A stretch of 64,000 nt of DNA from an uncultured Pseudomonadota bacterium (GTDB lineage Bacteria > Pseudomonadota > Alphaproteobacteria > JACZXZ01). Below are positions 29,156 to 38,252 of the stretch, one piece after another. Under the pieces are notes generated by a model, which was not told where the DNA came from, did not search any database, and was given only the letters and a program-made list of their open reading frames with translations. Every line of letters starts with the position of its first letter. Within the stretch, counting starts at the first letter, position 1. Location of the stretch: assembly GCA_963749075.1 (NCBI GenBank), contig CAVVLJ010000020.1, positions 544,001-608,000 on the forward strand. Reading direction: 5' to 3'. The translations under genes and the position numbers were made by a program.

Positions 29156-29203
29156 CGCGCTACACTGGCTCGTGCGCGGGGGTGAAGCGGGAGTGTCGCG
29201 AGC

Positions 29204-30172
29204 ATGAGCGAGAGCAAGCCGGGCAGCGACAAGCGCGCCTTCCGCAACGCCCTCGGCCGCTTCCCGACCGGGGTCACGGTGGTGACCACGCTCGGCCCCG
29301 GCGGCCGGCGCATCGGGCTCACCGCCAACTCCTTCAACTCGGTCTCCCTCGACCCACCGCTCGTGCTGTGGAGCCTCGCCAAAGCGGCGAGGAGCCTGCC
29401 CTATTTCGTAGGCGCGCCGCATTACGTCATCAACGTGCTCGCCGCCGACCAGATCGCCCTCTCGCGCCAGTTCGCGAGCGCCCGCGACGACCGCTTCCTC
29501 GACGTGGCCTGCCGCGAGGGCCTGGGCGGGGTGCCGATGATCGAGGGCTGCACCGCCTGGTTCGAGTGCCACAACGTCCATCAGTACGAGGGCGGCGACC
29601 ACGTCATCATGGTGGGCCGGGTCGAGCGCTTCGCCGACGCCGACCGCACGGCGCTCGCCTTCCATCTCGGCGGCTACAAGGTCACCTCGCACCATCCCGA
29701 GAGCGAGGCGCCGGCGGGGCGGCGCGGCCGCTTCATCGACGACTACCTCCTCTATCTCCTCGCCCGCGCCTCGAGCCAGGCGAGCGCCGAGTTCCATGCC
29801 AGGCTCAAGGGGGCCGCGGTGCCGATCCCCCATTGGCGCGTGCTCGCGGCCCTCTCCGACGGCGAGGCGCTCACCGTCTCGGCGCTTGCCCGCATCGTGC
29901 TCTTCAAGCAGCCGACGCTCACCAAGATCCTCGACCGCATGGCGCGGCTCGGCCTGATCGGGCGCCGCCCCGGCACCGCCGACCGGCGCGTGGTGCTGGT
30001 GCGCATCACTGAAGCCGGACGGCGCGTGGCACGGCACCTCGCGCGGCGCGCCAAGGCGCACGAGCGCGAGGTGCTGGCCGGCTACGATCCGGTCGAGGAG
30101 GCGCAGCTCAAGGCGGCGCTGCGCACCCTCCTCCAGCACCTCGCCGACGGCGGGCGCGGGCGGGCGCCGTGA
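29204..30172 (+). CDS. Flavin reductase-MarR fusion protein
   Basis: FRNALGRFPTGVTVVTT, ANSFNSVSLDPPLV, GGDH; then WRVLAAL, KQPTLTKILDRM, DRRVVLVRITEAG. Confidence 0.88.
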   Translation: MSESKPGSDKRAFRNALGRFPTGVTVVTTLGPGGRRIGLTANSFNSVSLDPPLVLWSLAKAARSLPYFVGAPHYVINVLAADQIALSRQFASARDDRFLDVACREGLGGVPMIEGCTAWFECHNVHQYEGGDHVIMVGRVERFADADRTALAFHLGGYKVTSHHPESEAPAGRRGRFIDDYLLYLLARASSQASAEFHARLKGAAVPIPHWRVLAALSDGEALTVSALARIVLFKQPTLTKILDRMARLGLIGRRPGTADRRVVLVRITEAGRRVARHLARRAKAHEREVLAGYDPVEEAQLKAALRTLLQHLADGGRGRAP

Positions 30173-30232
30173 GCGTGCTCGCACCTACTAGGGAAGCAGC
30201 CGAAGCTGCGGGCTCGACTAAACAATCCAATC

Positions 30233-30589
30233 ATGATAGGATGTAATCTGGATAAGATCGATCATGAATTGGAGTTCTTGCTCAGCCTTGATGAATACGA
30301 GTTTAGATTCGCAAGCGGCTATCGGGTGAAATTCGCAGCTCGGGAGATTAAGGCGACCGAGGGCCGGCCGCACGGGATTAAATACAGTCTCACGCTGCAC
30401 AATCCCAAAGGGCGGCGCATTTACGGGATCGATAATGCCCACAAAGCGGGCCGCCGACGAGAGTTCGATCACCGGCACGTCTACGGCGCGCACGAGGTCG
30501 TCGGCTATGCGTACCGCGGGCCAGCGCCATTGCTGGAGGATTTTTACCGCGAGGTCGAGAGGATTATGAAGGAGCGAGGTGTGTCATGA
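30233..30589 (+). CDS. DUF6516 (TumE-like) toxin-antitoxin component
   Basis: PHGIKYSLTLH, R..GIDNAH, DHRH, LLEDFY.EV; lower GC. Confidence 0.72.
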   Translation: MIGCNLDKIDHELEFLLSLDEYEFRFASGYRVKFAAREIKATEGRPHGIKYSLTLHNPKGRRIYGIDNAHKAGRRREFDHRHVYGAHEVVGYAYRGPAPLLEDFYREVERIMKERGVS

Positions 30590-30987
30590 GGGGCAAAGTC
30601 GGAAGCTTCAAAGAGTTCCAGGCCTACACGCTTGCGCTCGCGCGCGGTGCGCGGCCGGTCGATCCGAGTGCGCCCAAAATTTGGTGCGAGCGCGCCGATG
30701 GGACGAAAGGCACGAAGAGCCGGGTGCAGTTCCGCTCGCTCGAGGCCGGAGCCAAGCTGCTATCGGCCAAGAACCGCATGCTGTTGCGCGCGATCGCCGA
30801 GCGGAAACCGCAGTCCGTAACGGAGCTGGCCGCGATGACCGGCCGGGCCGAGCAGAACGTGTTACGGACGCTCAAGAAGTTCGTTGCCGCTGGAATCGTG
30901 CGGCTCGACAAAGGGGAAGGCCGCGCCCTACGCCCTATCCTGGCGGCGCGAAAGGTGCACTTCGAAATCGACCTGGTCGCGGGTTAG
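30586..30987 (+). CDS. HTH DNA-binding protein, cognate antitoxin-like
   Basis: ATGA overlap; FRSLE..AKLLS..N..LL..I...PQSVTELA..TGR..NV.RTLK. Confidence 0.75.
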   Translation: MRGKVGSFKEFQAYTLALARGARPVDPSAPKIWCERADGTKGTKSRVQFRSLEAGAKLLSAKNRMLLRAIAERKPQSVTELAAMTGRAEQNVLRTLKKFVAAGIVRLDKGEGRALRPILAARKVHFEIDLVAG

Positions 30988-31014
30988 CGTCCTCCGCACC
31001 CTCGACAGCAGGTG

Positions 31015-31136
31015 CGGCCTCGCGTGGCGCACGAACGCGCGGTGCTCGCCGGCCACGACTCGGTCAGGCAGCCGACCTCAAGGCCGCCCTGCGCAACCTC
31101 ATCGCGCACCTCGCAAACGGCGGGCGCGGACGCTGA
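31015..31136 (+). pseudogene. Degenerate duplicate of the 3' end of the flavin reductase-MarR gene
   Basis: AHERAVLAGHD / LKAALRNLIAHLANGGRGR versus AHEREVLAGYD / LKAALRTLLQHLADGGRGR, with indels. Confidence 0.8.
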
Positions 31137-31185
31137 GAGCGAGGCGAGGGCAGGCCAAAATGCAGGCTATGATATGGTGCAAATG

Positions 31186-31464
31186 ATGACCGTGCCGATG
31201 CCCGATCTCGGCATTCTCGCGCTGCCGCAGCGGCGGCTCTGGGCTGAACTCGCAACACCGGATCATTTTACGCTTTATCGCGGGACTGCGTTGGCACTCC
31301 GTCTCGGACACCGCAGCTCGGTCGATTATTACGACGACGTGCCGGCAAGTCCGATCGGCGTGCGGGACCGGCTCAGCGCCGCCGTCGGGTCGGTCGATCC
31401 GATTGCGCCGCCAAAGCCGACGCCGCACGTGAAGCGGCCGCCCGAAGATGGAGGCGCGTCATGA
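31186..31464 (+). pseudogene. AbiEii/AbiGii nucleotidyltransferase toxin remnant (internal deletion)
   Basis: QRRLWAEL..F.LYRGTALALRLGHRSSVD joins directly to a C-terminal-like YDDVP...RL.AAV..VDP. Confidence 0.7.
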
Positions 31465-31730
31465 GGCCGTTGCCTCTCTCGCCCGCTCTCCTTGCCGTGG
31501 CGCGCCGCGTCGTCTGGTTCGAGGAGCCGGCGGTTGCTCTCGCCGATCCCGTGCGTTTTCTCGCCCACGTCATGACCTATGGCACCCTCGAGGACCTCGT
31601 TGCCCTGCGCGGAATGGTCGGCAAGGAGGAATTTCGGGAGGTCCTGGATCCGGCGCCGCCCGGCGTTTTCGACCGGCGCTCCTGGGCTTACTAGAATTTG
31701 GTTTGCGGCCGGCGGCCGGCGCCGCCGATG
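31461..31730 (+). pseudogene. Partner of the AbiEii-type toxin, with a probable premature stop
   Basis: ARRVVWFE.P..AL.DP.RFLAHVMTYG...APPGVFD.RSWAY, then TAG at 31692-31694 where a Trp is expected, and the frame continues NL. Confidence 0.62.
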
Positions 31731-31779
31731 CCGAAGCGCGCCGGGCTGGAGCCGGAGGGCGGCCCACCGCGACGAGGCG

Positions 31780-32175
31780 CTAGTCCTCGGTGAAGAAGCG
31801 CTGGCCAAGGGCGAAGCGGTTGGGCTTCATGAACATGGAGAGGAGGATCGCACCCTCCGGCGCGCGGGCGATGTGGCGGCTGCCGCCCGGACGCCAGACG
31901 AAATTGCCCGGCGTGCATTCGCCCTCGTGGTCGACCAGGCGGCCCTCGATCATGTAGGTCTGCTCGATCGCCGTGTGCTCGTGGAGCGGCACCTCGGCAC
32001 CCGGCTCGAGGCGGAAGAGGATGGTCGAGAGGCCGCTCGCCGGGTCGCTGTAGAGCACCTTCATCTCGATGCCCGGGAACTTGGTCCTCTCCCATGGCAT
32101 GTTGACCGCATCGATGTAGTGGGAACGCGTCGCCTCCGTGTTCTCCGGGCGCATCGTGGCGTCGACCATCGTCAT
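31780..32175 (-). CDS. ChrR-like cupin domain protein
   Basis: PLHEH.AIEQTYMIEG.L.D.EG, NFVWRPGGSRH. Confidence 0.82.
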   Translation of the reverse strand: MTMVDATMRPENTEATRSHYIDAVNMPWERTKFPGIEMKVLYSDPASGLSTILFRLEPGAEVPLHEHTAIEQTYMIEGRLVDHEGECTPGNFVWRPGGSRHIARAPEGAILLSMFMKPNRFALGQRFFTED

Positions 32176-32202
32176 CGGGGTCCTCCCTTCTCCGGGCACG
32201 GG

Positions 32203-33429
32203 CTAAAGTGCCGCCTCGCGCGCCGCGAAGCTGACGGGGAGCGCGCGCATGCCGCGGAAGACGAGCGAGTTCAGCCACTCGAGCCGCGTTGGCGCAAGGG
32301 CGAGACCGGGGAGGCGCTCGACCAGCCGGGAAAGCGCGATCCTCGCCTCGAGCCGCGCGAGCGGCGCCCCTAAGCAGAAGTGGATGCCGTAGCCGAAGGC
32401 GATGTGGCGGTTGGGCTCGCGCGCGAGGTCGAGCCGGTCGGGCTTGCGGAACTGCGCGGGGTCGCGGTTGGCGGCGGTCAGCATGAGGATGAGCCGCTCG
32501 CCCGGGCGGATGCGCCGGCCGGAGAGCTCGAGCTCGGCGCGCGCGATGCGGGTGAGCGCCTGCACCGGCCCGTCGTAGCGCAGGAACTCCTCGACGGCAC
32601 TCTCGGCGAGCTCCGGGTGGCGCTTTAGGCGGGCGAGCTCCTGCGGATTGCGCAGCAGGGCGAGGGTGGCGTTGGCGATCAGGTTGGTCGTCGTCTCGTG
32701 CCCGGCGAAGAGCAGCAGCACGGCGTTGGCGACGAGCTCGGCTTCGTCGAGGCGGGCGTCCTCCTCGCGCGCGCGGATCATGGCGCCGAGCGCGTCGGCG
32801 GGCGGTGCCGCGCGCCGCGCCGCGATGAGGCTCGCGAAATAATCGCGCATCGCACCCCAGCTCCGCGCTGCGCGCTCGTGCTTGTCGGGAAGCGCGAGCG
32901 CCGTGCCCACCACGGTCGCGAGATCGTCCGACCAGGCCTTGAGCCGGGCGAAGTCCTCGGCCGGCACGCCGAGGAGCTTGCCGATGACCGCGACGGGGAG
33001 CGGATAGGCGAGATCGCCGATCACGTCCATGGCGCCCGCCGCCTCGGCGCGCTCGAGAAAGCCGTCCACCAGCGCCTCGATCGCCGGCTCAAGGCGGTTG
33101 ACCGCGGCAGGGACGAAGGCCCGGTTCATGGCCGCGCGCAGGCGCGTGTGGTCGGGCGGATCGCGGAACACGGCCCAGAGGCCGAGCGCCTTGGCGAGCT
33201 CGGCGAGCGGCGAGCCGTCGGCCCCCGAGACATGGTCGGCGAAGGGGGTGATGCGGTCGGCCGAGAGGCGCGGGTCGTTGAGTGCTGCGTGCACGTCGGC
33301 GTAGCGCGTCAGGAGCCAGCCGCCGAGCCGCCCGCTCCAATGGACCGGGTCCTCCTCGCGCAGGCGGCGCATGAGCGGGTAGGGGTCGGCGCGCACCTCG
33401 GCGCGGCTCAAGTCGAAATCCAAGTCCAT
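32203..33429 (-). CDS. Cytochrome P450
   Basis: DPPDHTRLR, AGHETT, EEFLRYD, FGYGIHFCLG. Confidence 0.93.
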   Translation of the reverse strand: MDLDFDLSRAEVRADPYPLMRRLREEDPVHWSGRLGGWLLTRYADVHAALNDPRLSADRITPFADHVSGADGSPLAELAKALGLWAVFRDPPDHTRLRAAMNRAFVPAAVNRLEPAIEALVDGFLERAEAAGAMDVIGDLAYPLPVAVIGKLLGVPAEDFARLKAWSDDLATVVGTALALPDKHERAARSWGAMRDYFASLIAARRAAPPADALGAMIRAREEDARLDEAELVANAVLLLFAGHETTTNLIANATLALLRNPQELARLKRHPELAESAVEEFLRYDGPVQALTRIARAELELSGRRIRPGERLILMLTAANRDPAQFRKPDRLDLAREPNRHIAFGYGIHFCLGAPLARLEARIALSRLVERLPGLALAPTRLEWLNSLVFRGMRALPVSFAAREAAL

Positions 33430-33577
33430 CGTCCGGGTCCCGCCTCTTGCCGGCCGCGCGCGCTTTAATCCTATGCCAAGTGCGCGCGGAATGGCACGCC
33501 GCGCTGCAAGGAGCCTTGGCAGGGGAGCCGCGGCTCCGATAAAACACCAGCCTTCACCTCTCACGCGGGAGACGAGG

Positions 33578-34756
33578 GTGGCGGAGAGCTACGACGTGGT
33601 GATCGTGGGCGGCGGTGCCGTGGGCAGCGCGGTCGCGTTTTTTCTCACGGCCGACTCGGGCTTCGGCGGCCGCGTGGCGGTCGTGGAGCGCGACCCGAGC
33701 TACGCCCGCGCCTCCACCACGCGCTCGGCGGGCGGCGTGCGCCAGCAGTTCTCGACCCCCGGCAACATCGAGATGTCCAAGTTCGGCGCCCATTTCGTCA
33801 AGCACGTCGGCGACTATCTGGCGGTTGACGGCGAGGTGCCGCAGCTGAGCTTCCGCGAGGGCGGCTATCTCTTCCTGGCGAGCGAGGCGGGCCGCGCCGT
33901 GCTCGAGCGGAACCATGCGATGCAGCGGGCGCACGGCGCCGACAACGTGCTGCTTCCGCCTGAGGCGCTCGCCAGGCGCTTCCCCTGGCTCGACACCGCG
34001 GGTATAGCGCTCGGCTCGCTCGGGTTGGCCAACGAGGGCTGGTTCGACCCCCACGCGCTCCTCCAGGGCTTCAAGCGCAAGGCGCGCGCCGGCGGCGCCG
34101 TCTACATCGCGGACGAGGTGGTGGGCATCGCGCGGAGCGGTGCTGCCATAACGGGCGTAAACCTGCGCTCGGGCGAAGCGCTCGGCTGCGGCATCCTGGT
34201 CGACGCGGCCGGGCCCTTCGCCGGCGCCGTGGCGGCGCTCGCCGGCATCGAGCTGCCGGTCCGCCCGCGCAAGCGCTACGTCTATGTCATCGCCTGCCGC
34301 ACGCCGGTCGAGCGCTGCCCGCTCCTCATCGACACCACGGGCGTGTGGGTGCGCCCGGAGGGCAGCCAGTTCATCTGCGGCGTCTCGCCCGAGGAGAGCG
34401 AGGATAGGGACTGCGAGGATCTCGAGCTCGATTACCGCCTCTGGGAGGAGGTCGTGTGGCCAACCCTCGCCCGCCGCATCCCGCCCTTCGAGGCCGTCAA
34501 GCTCACCAATGCCTGGGCCGGGCATTACGACTACAACACGGTCGACCAGAACGCCATCCTCGGGCCGCATCCCGAGGTGCGCAATCTCCTCTTCGCCAAC
34601 GGCTTCAGCGGCCACGGCATCCAGCAGTCGCCCGCCGCCGGGCGCGCCATTGCCGAGCTCGTCCGTTACGGCGGCTACCGCAGCCTCGATCTCTCGGAAT
34701 TCGCTTACGCGCGCTTTGCCGCGGGCCGGCCCTTGCGCGAGCTCAACGTGGTGTGA
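33578..34756 (+). CDS. FAD-dependent oxidoreductase (DAO/sarcosine oxidase, FOXRED1-like)
   Basis: GGGAVG, SAGGVRQQFS, WAGHYDYN, GFSGHGIQQSPA. Confidence 0.88.
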   Translation: MAESYDVVIVGGGAVGSAVAFFLTADSGFGGRVAVVERDPSYARASTTRSAGGVRQQFSTPGNIEMSKFGAHFVKHVGDYLAVDGEVPQLSFREGGYLFLASEAGRAVLERNHAMQRAHGADNVLLPPEALARRFPWLDTAGIALGSLGLANEGWFDPHALLQGFKRKARAGGAVYIADEVVGIARSGAAITGVNLRSGEALGCGILVDAAGPFAGAVAALAGIELPVRPRKRYVYVIACRTPVERCPLLIDTTGVWVRPEGSQFICGVSPEESEDRDCEDLELDYRLWEEVVWPTLARRIPPFEAVKLTNAWAGHYDYNTVDQNAILGPHPEVRNLLFANGFSGHGIQQSPAAGRAIAELVRYGGYRSLDLSEFAYARFAAGRPLRELNVV

Positions 34757-34768
34757 GCCGCGGCACCC

Positions 34769-35164
34769 TTACGGGCCGACGATCGCGTAATAGGCGCCGC
34801 CGTTGCCGACCTCGGTGAAGAAGACCCAGTAGTTGACCTGCTCGCCGCAGCGGTCGAGCGTCCACATCTCGCGCCACTTCTTCTCGGTGACGGAGCCGAG
34901 CGAGCGTACGGTCGGCGCCTCGGCGGGGGCCGCCTTGACGAATTGCTTCTGCTGGCAGCCCGGCACCTTCTGGTCGTCCTGGCCGAGGATGGTGATCTGG
35001 GTCTTGCTCTGGAGGAAGGGCGAGGCGAGCGAGCCGATGTTGTAGCCGTCGGCGCCGCCCCCCTGGGTTCCGGCCGCAAAGGCCGCCGCCCCTGGAAGCT
35101 GAGACATCAAAAGAGCGGCCGCAGCCGCCACGCCGTAAAGGCGCCACTCCCTCTTTGCGCGCAT
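34769..35164 (-). CDS. Exported hypothetical protein
   Basis: Signal peptide, two Cys, WREMWTLDRCG...Y.V.F; SD GAGGG; host-like codon usage. Confidence 0.65.
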   Translation of the reverse strand: MRAKREWRLYGVAAAAALLMSQLPGAAAFAAGTQGGGADGYNIGSLASPFLQSKTQITILGQDDQKVPGCQQKQFVKAAPAEAPTVRSLGSVTEKKWREMWTLDRCGEQVNYWVFFTEVGNGGAYYAIVGP

Positions 35165-35362
35165 CAGATCCCTCTCGCCGCCGGTCGATGGCTGATTTTT
35201 TTGTTGTGCCGCAGCCTAGCGTTTTTGGGCGGCGCCGCCAAATGATTTCCACAAGGCCTGTTTCCACAAGGGTGGGCGCTCGCGCCGGACGGCGCCGAGG
35301 CGAAAAAGAGAGCGGCGCCGGCAATGGCCGGCGCCGCAGTCCTGAAGTCGCGTCCGACGAGC

Positions 35363-36203
35363 TTACTGGAGCTCGATGTGGACGTTCCGGTTCTCCTGCT
35401 CGCGGACCTGATCCGGGGTCTTCACCCTGAGATCGGTCTTGCCCTTGCCGATGGAGGTGATGACGGCTGCGGGCACGCCGTGATGCACGAGGTAGTTCTT
35501 GGCGGCCAGCGCGCGCTCCACCGAGAGACGCTGGTTGTAAGGTGCCGTGCCGACGGTGTCGGTGTGGCCGGTCAGCAGCACCTTGGGCTTGCCGAGCTTG
35601 CGGATCGAGTTCGAGCACGCTGTTGAGGATCTCCGCCGCATCCGCGCGGATGTTGTAGCGGTTGAAGTTGTAGTAGATCCAGAAGTCGCGCGCCGGCGGC
35701 TCCATGACCATGGGCTTCGGCTTCTCGAGCTTCGCCATGGCCTGCTCGAAGCGCGCCCGGCAGCCGTCGAGGACCGCCTTATAGATCGGGTCGCACCAGT
35801 CGCGGATCATGCAGTCGAACGAGACTTGCGCGATGGCAAGGTCCCCCGGATCGCTCTGCTTGGCGCCGGCCGCGATGACGGCGTTGAGCCGCGCCTCGTT
35901 GTGCTTCGCCTCGGCGAGCTTGGGCGGCGGCAGGCCCTGGGCATCAACATTCTCCCAGGGCACCTCCTGGCCCGCGCCGGCCGCCGCCGACTTGTGACCC
36001 CAGAAGAGGGCTTCGCTCAGGAAGCGGTTGTGCTGAAAATCCCGAGCCAGGACCATGTATTCTTTGTGCAGGGCCTGAGCGTAGGGCGAGCCCGTCCCAG
36101 GACTCTGCTCGATCGGGTTAAGCTGTGCGTTGATGTCGTCTGGATAGCAGGCACCGAGCAGCAAAAGCCCGACTACGGCACCGAGCGCTCTCACGAGTTT
36201 CAT
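35363..36203 (-). pseudogene. OmpA-family lipoprotein with a single-base frameshift near 35611 (possibly a sequencing error)
   Basis: Lipobox LLLGAC; N-terminal part in one frame and GHTDTVG..YNQRLS.ERA...NRNV in another. Confidence 0.8.
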
Positions 36204-36500
36204 TTCTTCACCCCCTGTGGAGTTCAGCCCCCGTTTCTGTTGCACCCTAGCCGAAGGCGCTCATTGTTGCAACAGGAGGGACCCGCGCCGAAGCCATCCC
36301 ACCGCTCCACTTTGCGAGGGTCCAATCGCTCCAACGCGCCAGCAAGATAGGACATGGCAAATGCCTCAAACAAATCAACATTGACGTTGCATCGGGGCTC
36401 AATCTAGGGAAAGGGTGTGACAAAAATGCGACGCTTAGCCTTTGCAATTCGCAAAAATAGCCGGCTCAGCATGGCAAGGCGGCAGGCGGCCGGAGATCTC

Positions 36501-36923
36501 TCAATGAAGCTGCTTGACGTCCGGCTGGCTGGGCAGGGCGGGATCGGCGGTCTCCGCCGAGAGCGGCCCGGCCTGATGATGGTAGAGTTTCCAGCCGCCC
36601 GCCTCGCGCACGAAGAGGTTGGTGGCCACGAGATAGCCCTCCTCGACGATCTCGTAGCAGACGACGGTGGCGACATCGCCTTTGAGCGTCACCCGGCACT
36701 GCAGGCAGCGGATGTTGGGCGACTGAGGATTGCCGAGGATGCCGGCCCAGCTTTCCATCACCGCCTCCCGGCCGAACAGCGGCGCCCAGCCAGGATGCAG
36801 GCAGGCGACCTCCACGTCGCGCGCCCAGAGTGCCGCCATGGCAGGAAGGTCGCGCGTCGCAAAGGCCCGGTAGAAGGCCTCATTGGCCGCCAGGGCGGCT
36901 TGCTCTCCCTCGCTCGCGCGCAT
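36501..36923 (-). CDS. NTF2/SnoaL-like protein
   Basis: AANEAFYRAF, CLHPGW, ATNLF.....WKLYHHQA. Confidence 0.85.
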   Translation of the reverse strand: MRASEGEQAALAANEAFYRAFATRDLPAMAALWARDVEVACLHPGWAPLFGREAVMESWAGILGNPQSPNIRCLQCRVTLKGDVATVVCYEIVEEGYLVATNLFVREAGGWKLYHHQAGPLSAETADPALPSQPDVKQLH

Positions 36924-37040
36924 GCTGCGGCCCCGGCGACGCCTCACCACCGGCAAGCTTAGTCGATCCGCGCGCGACCGGGGATAGAAGTTTGCCCGCT
37001 CAAGCTCGGCCGCCTGCCGCAGCACGGGGCCACCGCGGCC

Positions 37041-38249
37041 TCAGGCGCGCACCAGCCCCTCGAGAGGCCGCACCTGGGCGCTCTCCGGGAAGACCACGCG
37101 GTCGAGCGCCTCTTGCGGCAGCTCCAGGTGGTCGCGCAACACGCCCTTGAGCGCTGCCCGCAGGTCGAGGGTCGCCGCCAGGTCGCGGCCCTGGTAGAGC
37201 TGTCCCTGGCCGAGGCCGGGCCAGCGCGCCACGACGCGTCCGCCGTGGACGGCGCCGCCGATGACGAAGGCGGCGGTCGCGGTGCCGTGATCCGTCCCGC
37301 CGGTGCCGTTGGGGTGGACCGTACGGCCGAACTCGGTGGCGGCGACGACGACCGTGCTCTTCCAACTCGGCCCCAGGGACTGGGCAAGGCCCGCGACGCC
37401 CGTGGCAAAGGCCTTGAGGGTGTCGGCCATGCGCCCTGCCACGGTGCCCTGGCCCTGGTGGGTGTCCCAGCCGAGGCACTCCATGACGGCGACGCGCGGC
37501 CCGGCCTCGGCGGCGAGGAGCTTGCCCGCCTCTGGGGCGAGCCTGGCGAAGGCATTGGCTTGCGGCCCCACCGGTCCCATGGCGCGCTGGTCGCCCAGCG
37601 TCTCGTCGGCAAGGGTCTCCCCCTGCACCCCCTCCTCGAGCGCCGAGGCGAAGAGGCGGTCGCCGCCGTAGAGCGCGCGCAAATCGCGCACCAGCTCGGG
37701 CGGCAGGCCGGGGAGCTGGGAGGGCGCCCACGACTTGACCGGCACGGCGCCGCGCAGCGCTAGCGGGATGCCCTGGCCCACGGCGAGGCCGCTCCGCGTC
37801 CCCTCGGCGCCGTAGAGGCCGAGGGCGCGGTTGAGCCAGCCGCTCTCGCTCACATGGGGCTTGGCGGCGCCGTTCTCGAGCACGTCCTGGCCGTCGAAGT
37901 GGGAGCGCTCGCGGTAGGGCGTCGCCACGGCGTGGAGGGCCAGCGCCTCGCCCGACTTGAACAGCGACGCGATGGGCTCGAGTGCGGCATTGAGGCCGTA
38001 GAAGCGGTCGAGCGGCAGGATGCCGCCCGTCTCGCCCGGCTGGGGGAGCGAAAGCGAGCCGCGCACCGCGCGGTAGTCGGGATCGCCGTAGGGCGGCACC
38101 GAGGCGAGGCCGTCCATGGCGCCGCGCAGGATGACGAGCACGAAGCGCCGCTCGCTCGCAATGCGGGCGAAGGCGACGCCGGGCAAGCCGAGCGCTGCGG
38201 CACCGGAGCCGAGGGCCACGCCCAAAAGCATGTCGCGGCGGGAGAGCAT
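37041..38249 (-). CDS. DUF1501 family protein (Tat signal)
   Basis: SRRDML, LRGAMDGL, RSHFDGQ, GWDTH, TEFGRT..NG..GTDHG. Confidence 0.88.
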   Translation of the reverse strand: MLSRRDMLLGVALGSGAAALGLPGVAFARIASERRFVLVILRGAMDGLASVPPYGDPDYRAVRGSLSLPQPGETGGILPLDRFYGLNAALEPIASLFKSGEALALHAVATPYRERSHFDGQDVLENGAAKPHVSESGWLNRALGLYGAEGTRSGLAVGQGIPLALRGAVPVKSWAPSQLPGLPPELVRDLRALYGGDRLFASALEEGVQGETLADETLGDQRAMGPVGPQANAFARLAPEAGKLLAAEAGPRVAVMECLGWDTHQGQGTVAGRMADTLKAFATGVAGLAQSLGPSWKSTVVVAATEFGRTVHPNGTGGTDHGTATAAFVIGGAVHGGRVVARWPGLGQGQLYQGRDLAATLDLRAALKGVLRDHLELPQEALDRVVFPESAQVRPLEGLVRA

Positions 38250-38252
38250 GGG

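Noticed and set aside
33492-33508. Possible sigma-54 promoter TGGCACG...TGC upstream of the FAD oxidoreductase
   Set aside because: The GG to GC spacing is one base longer than the strict -24/-12 consensus.
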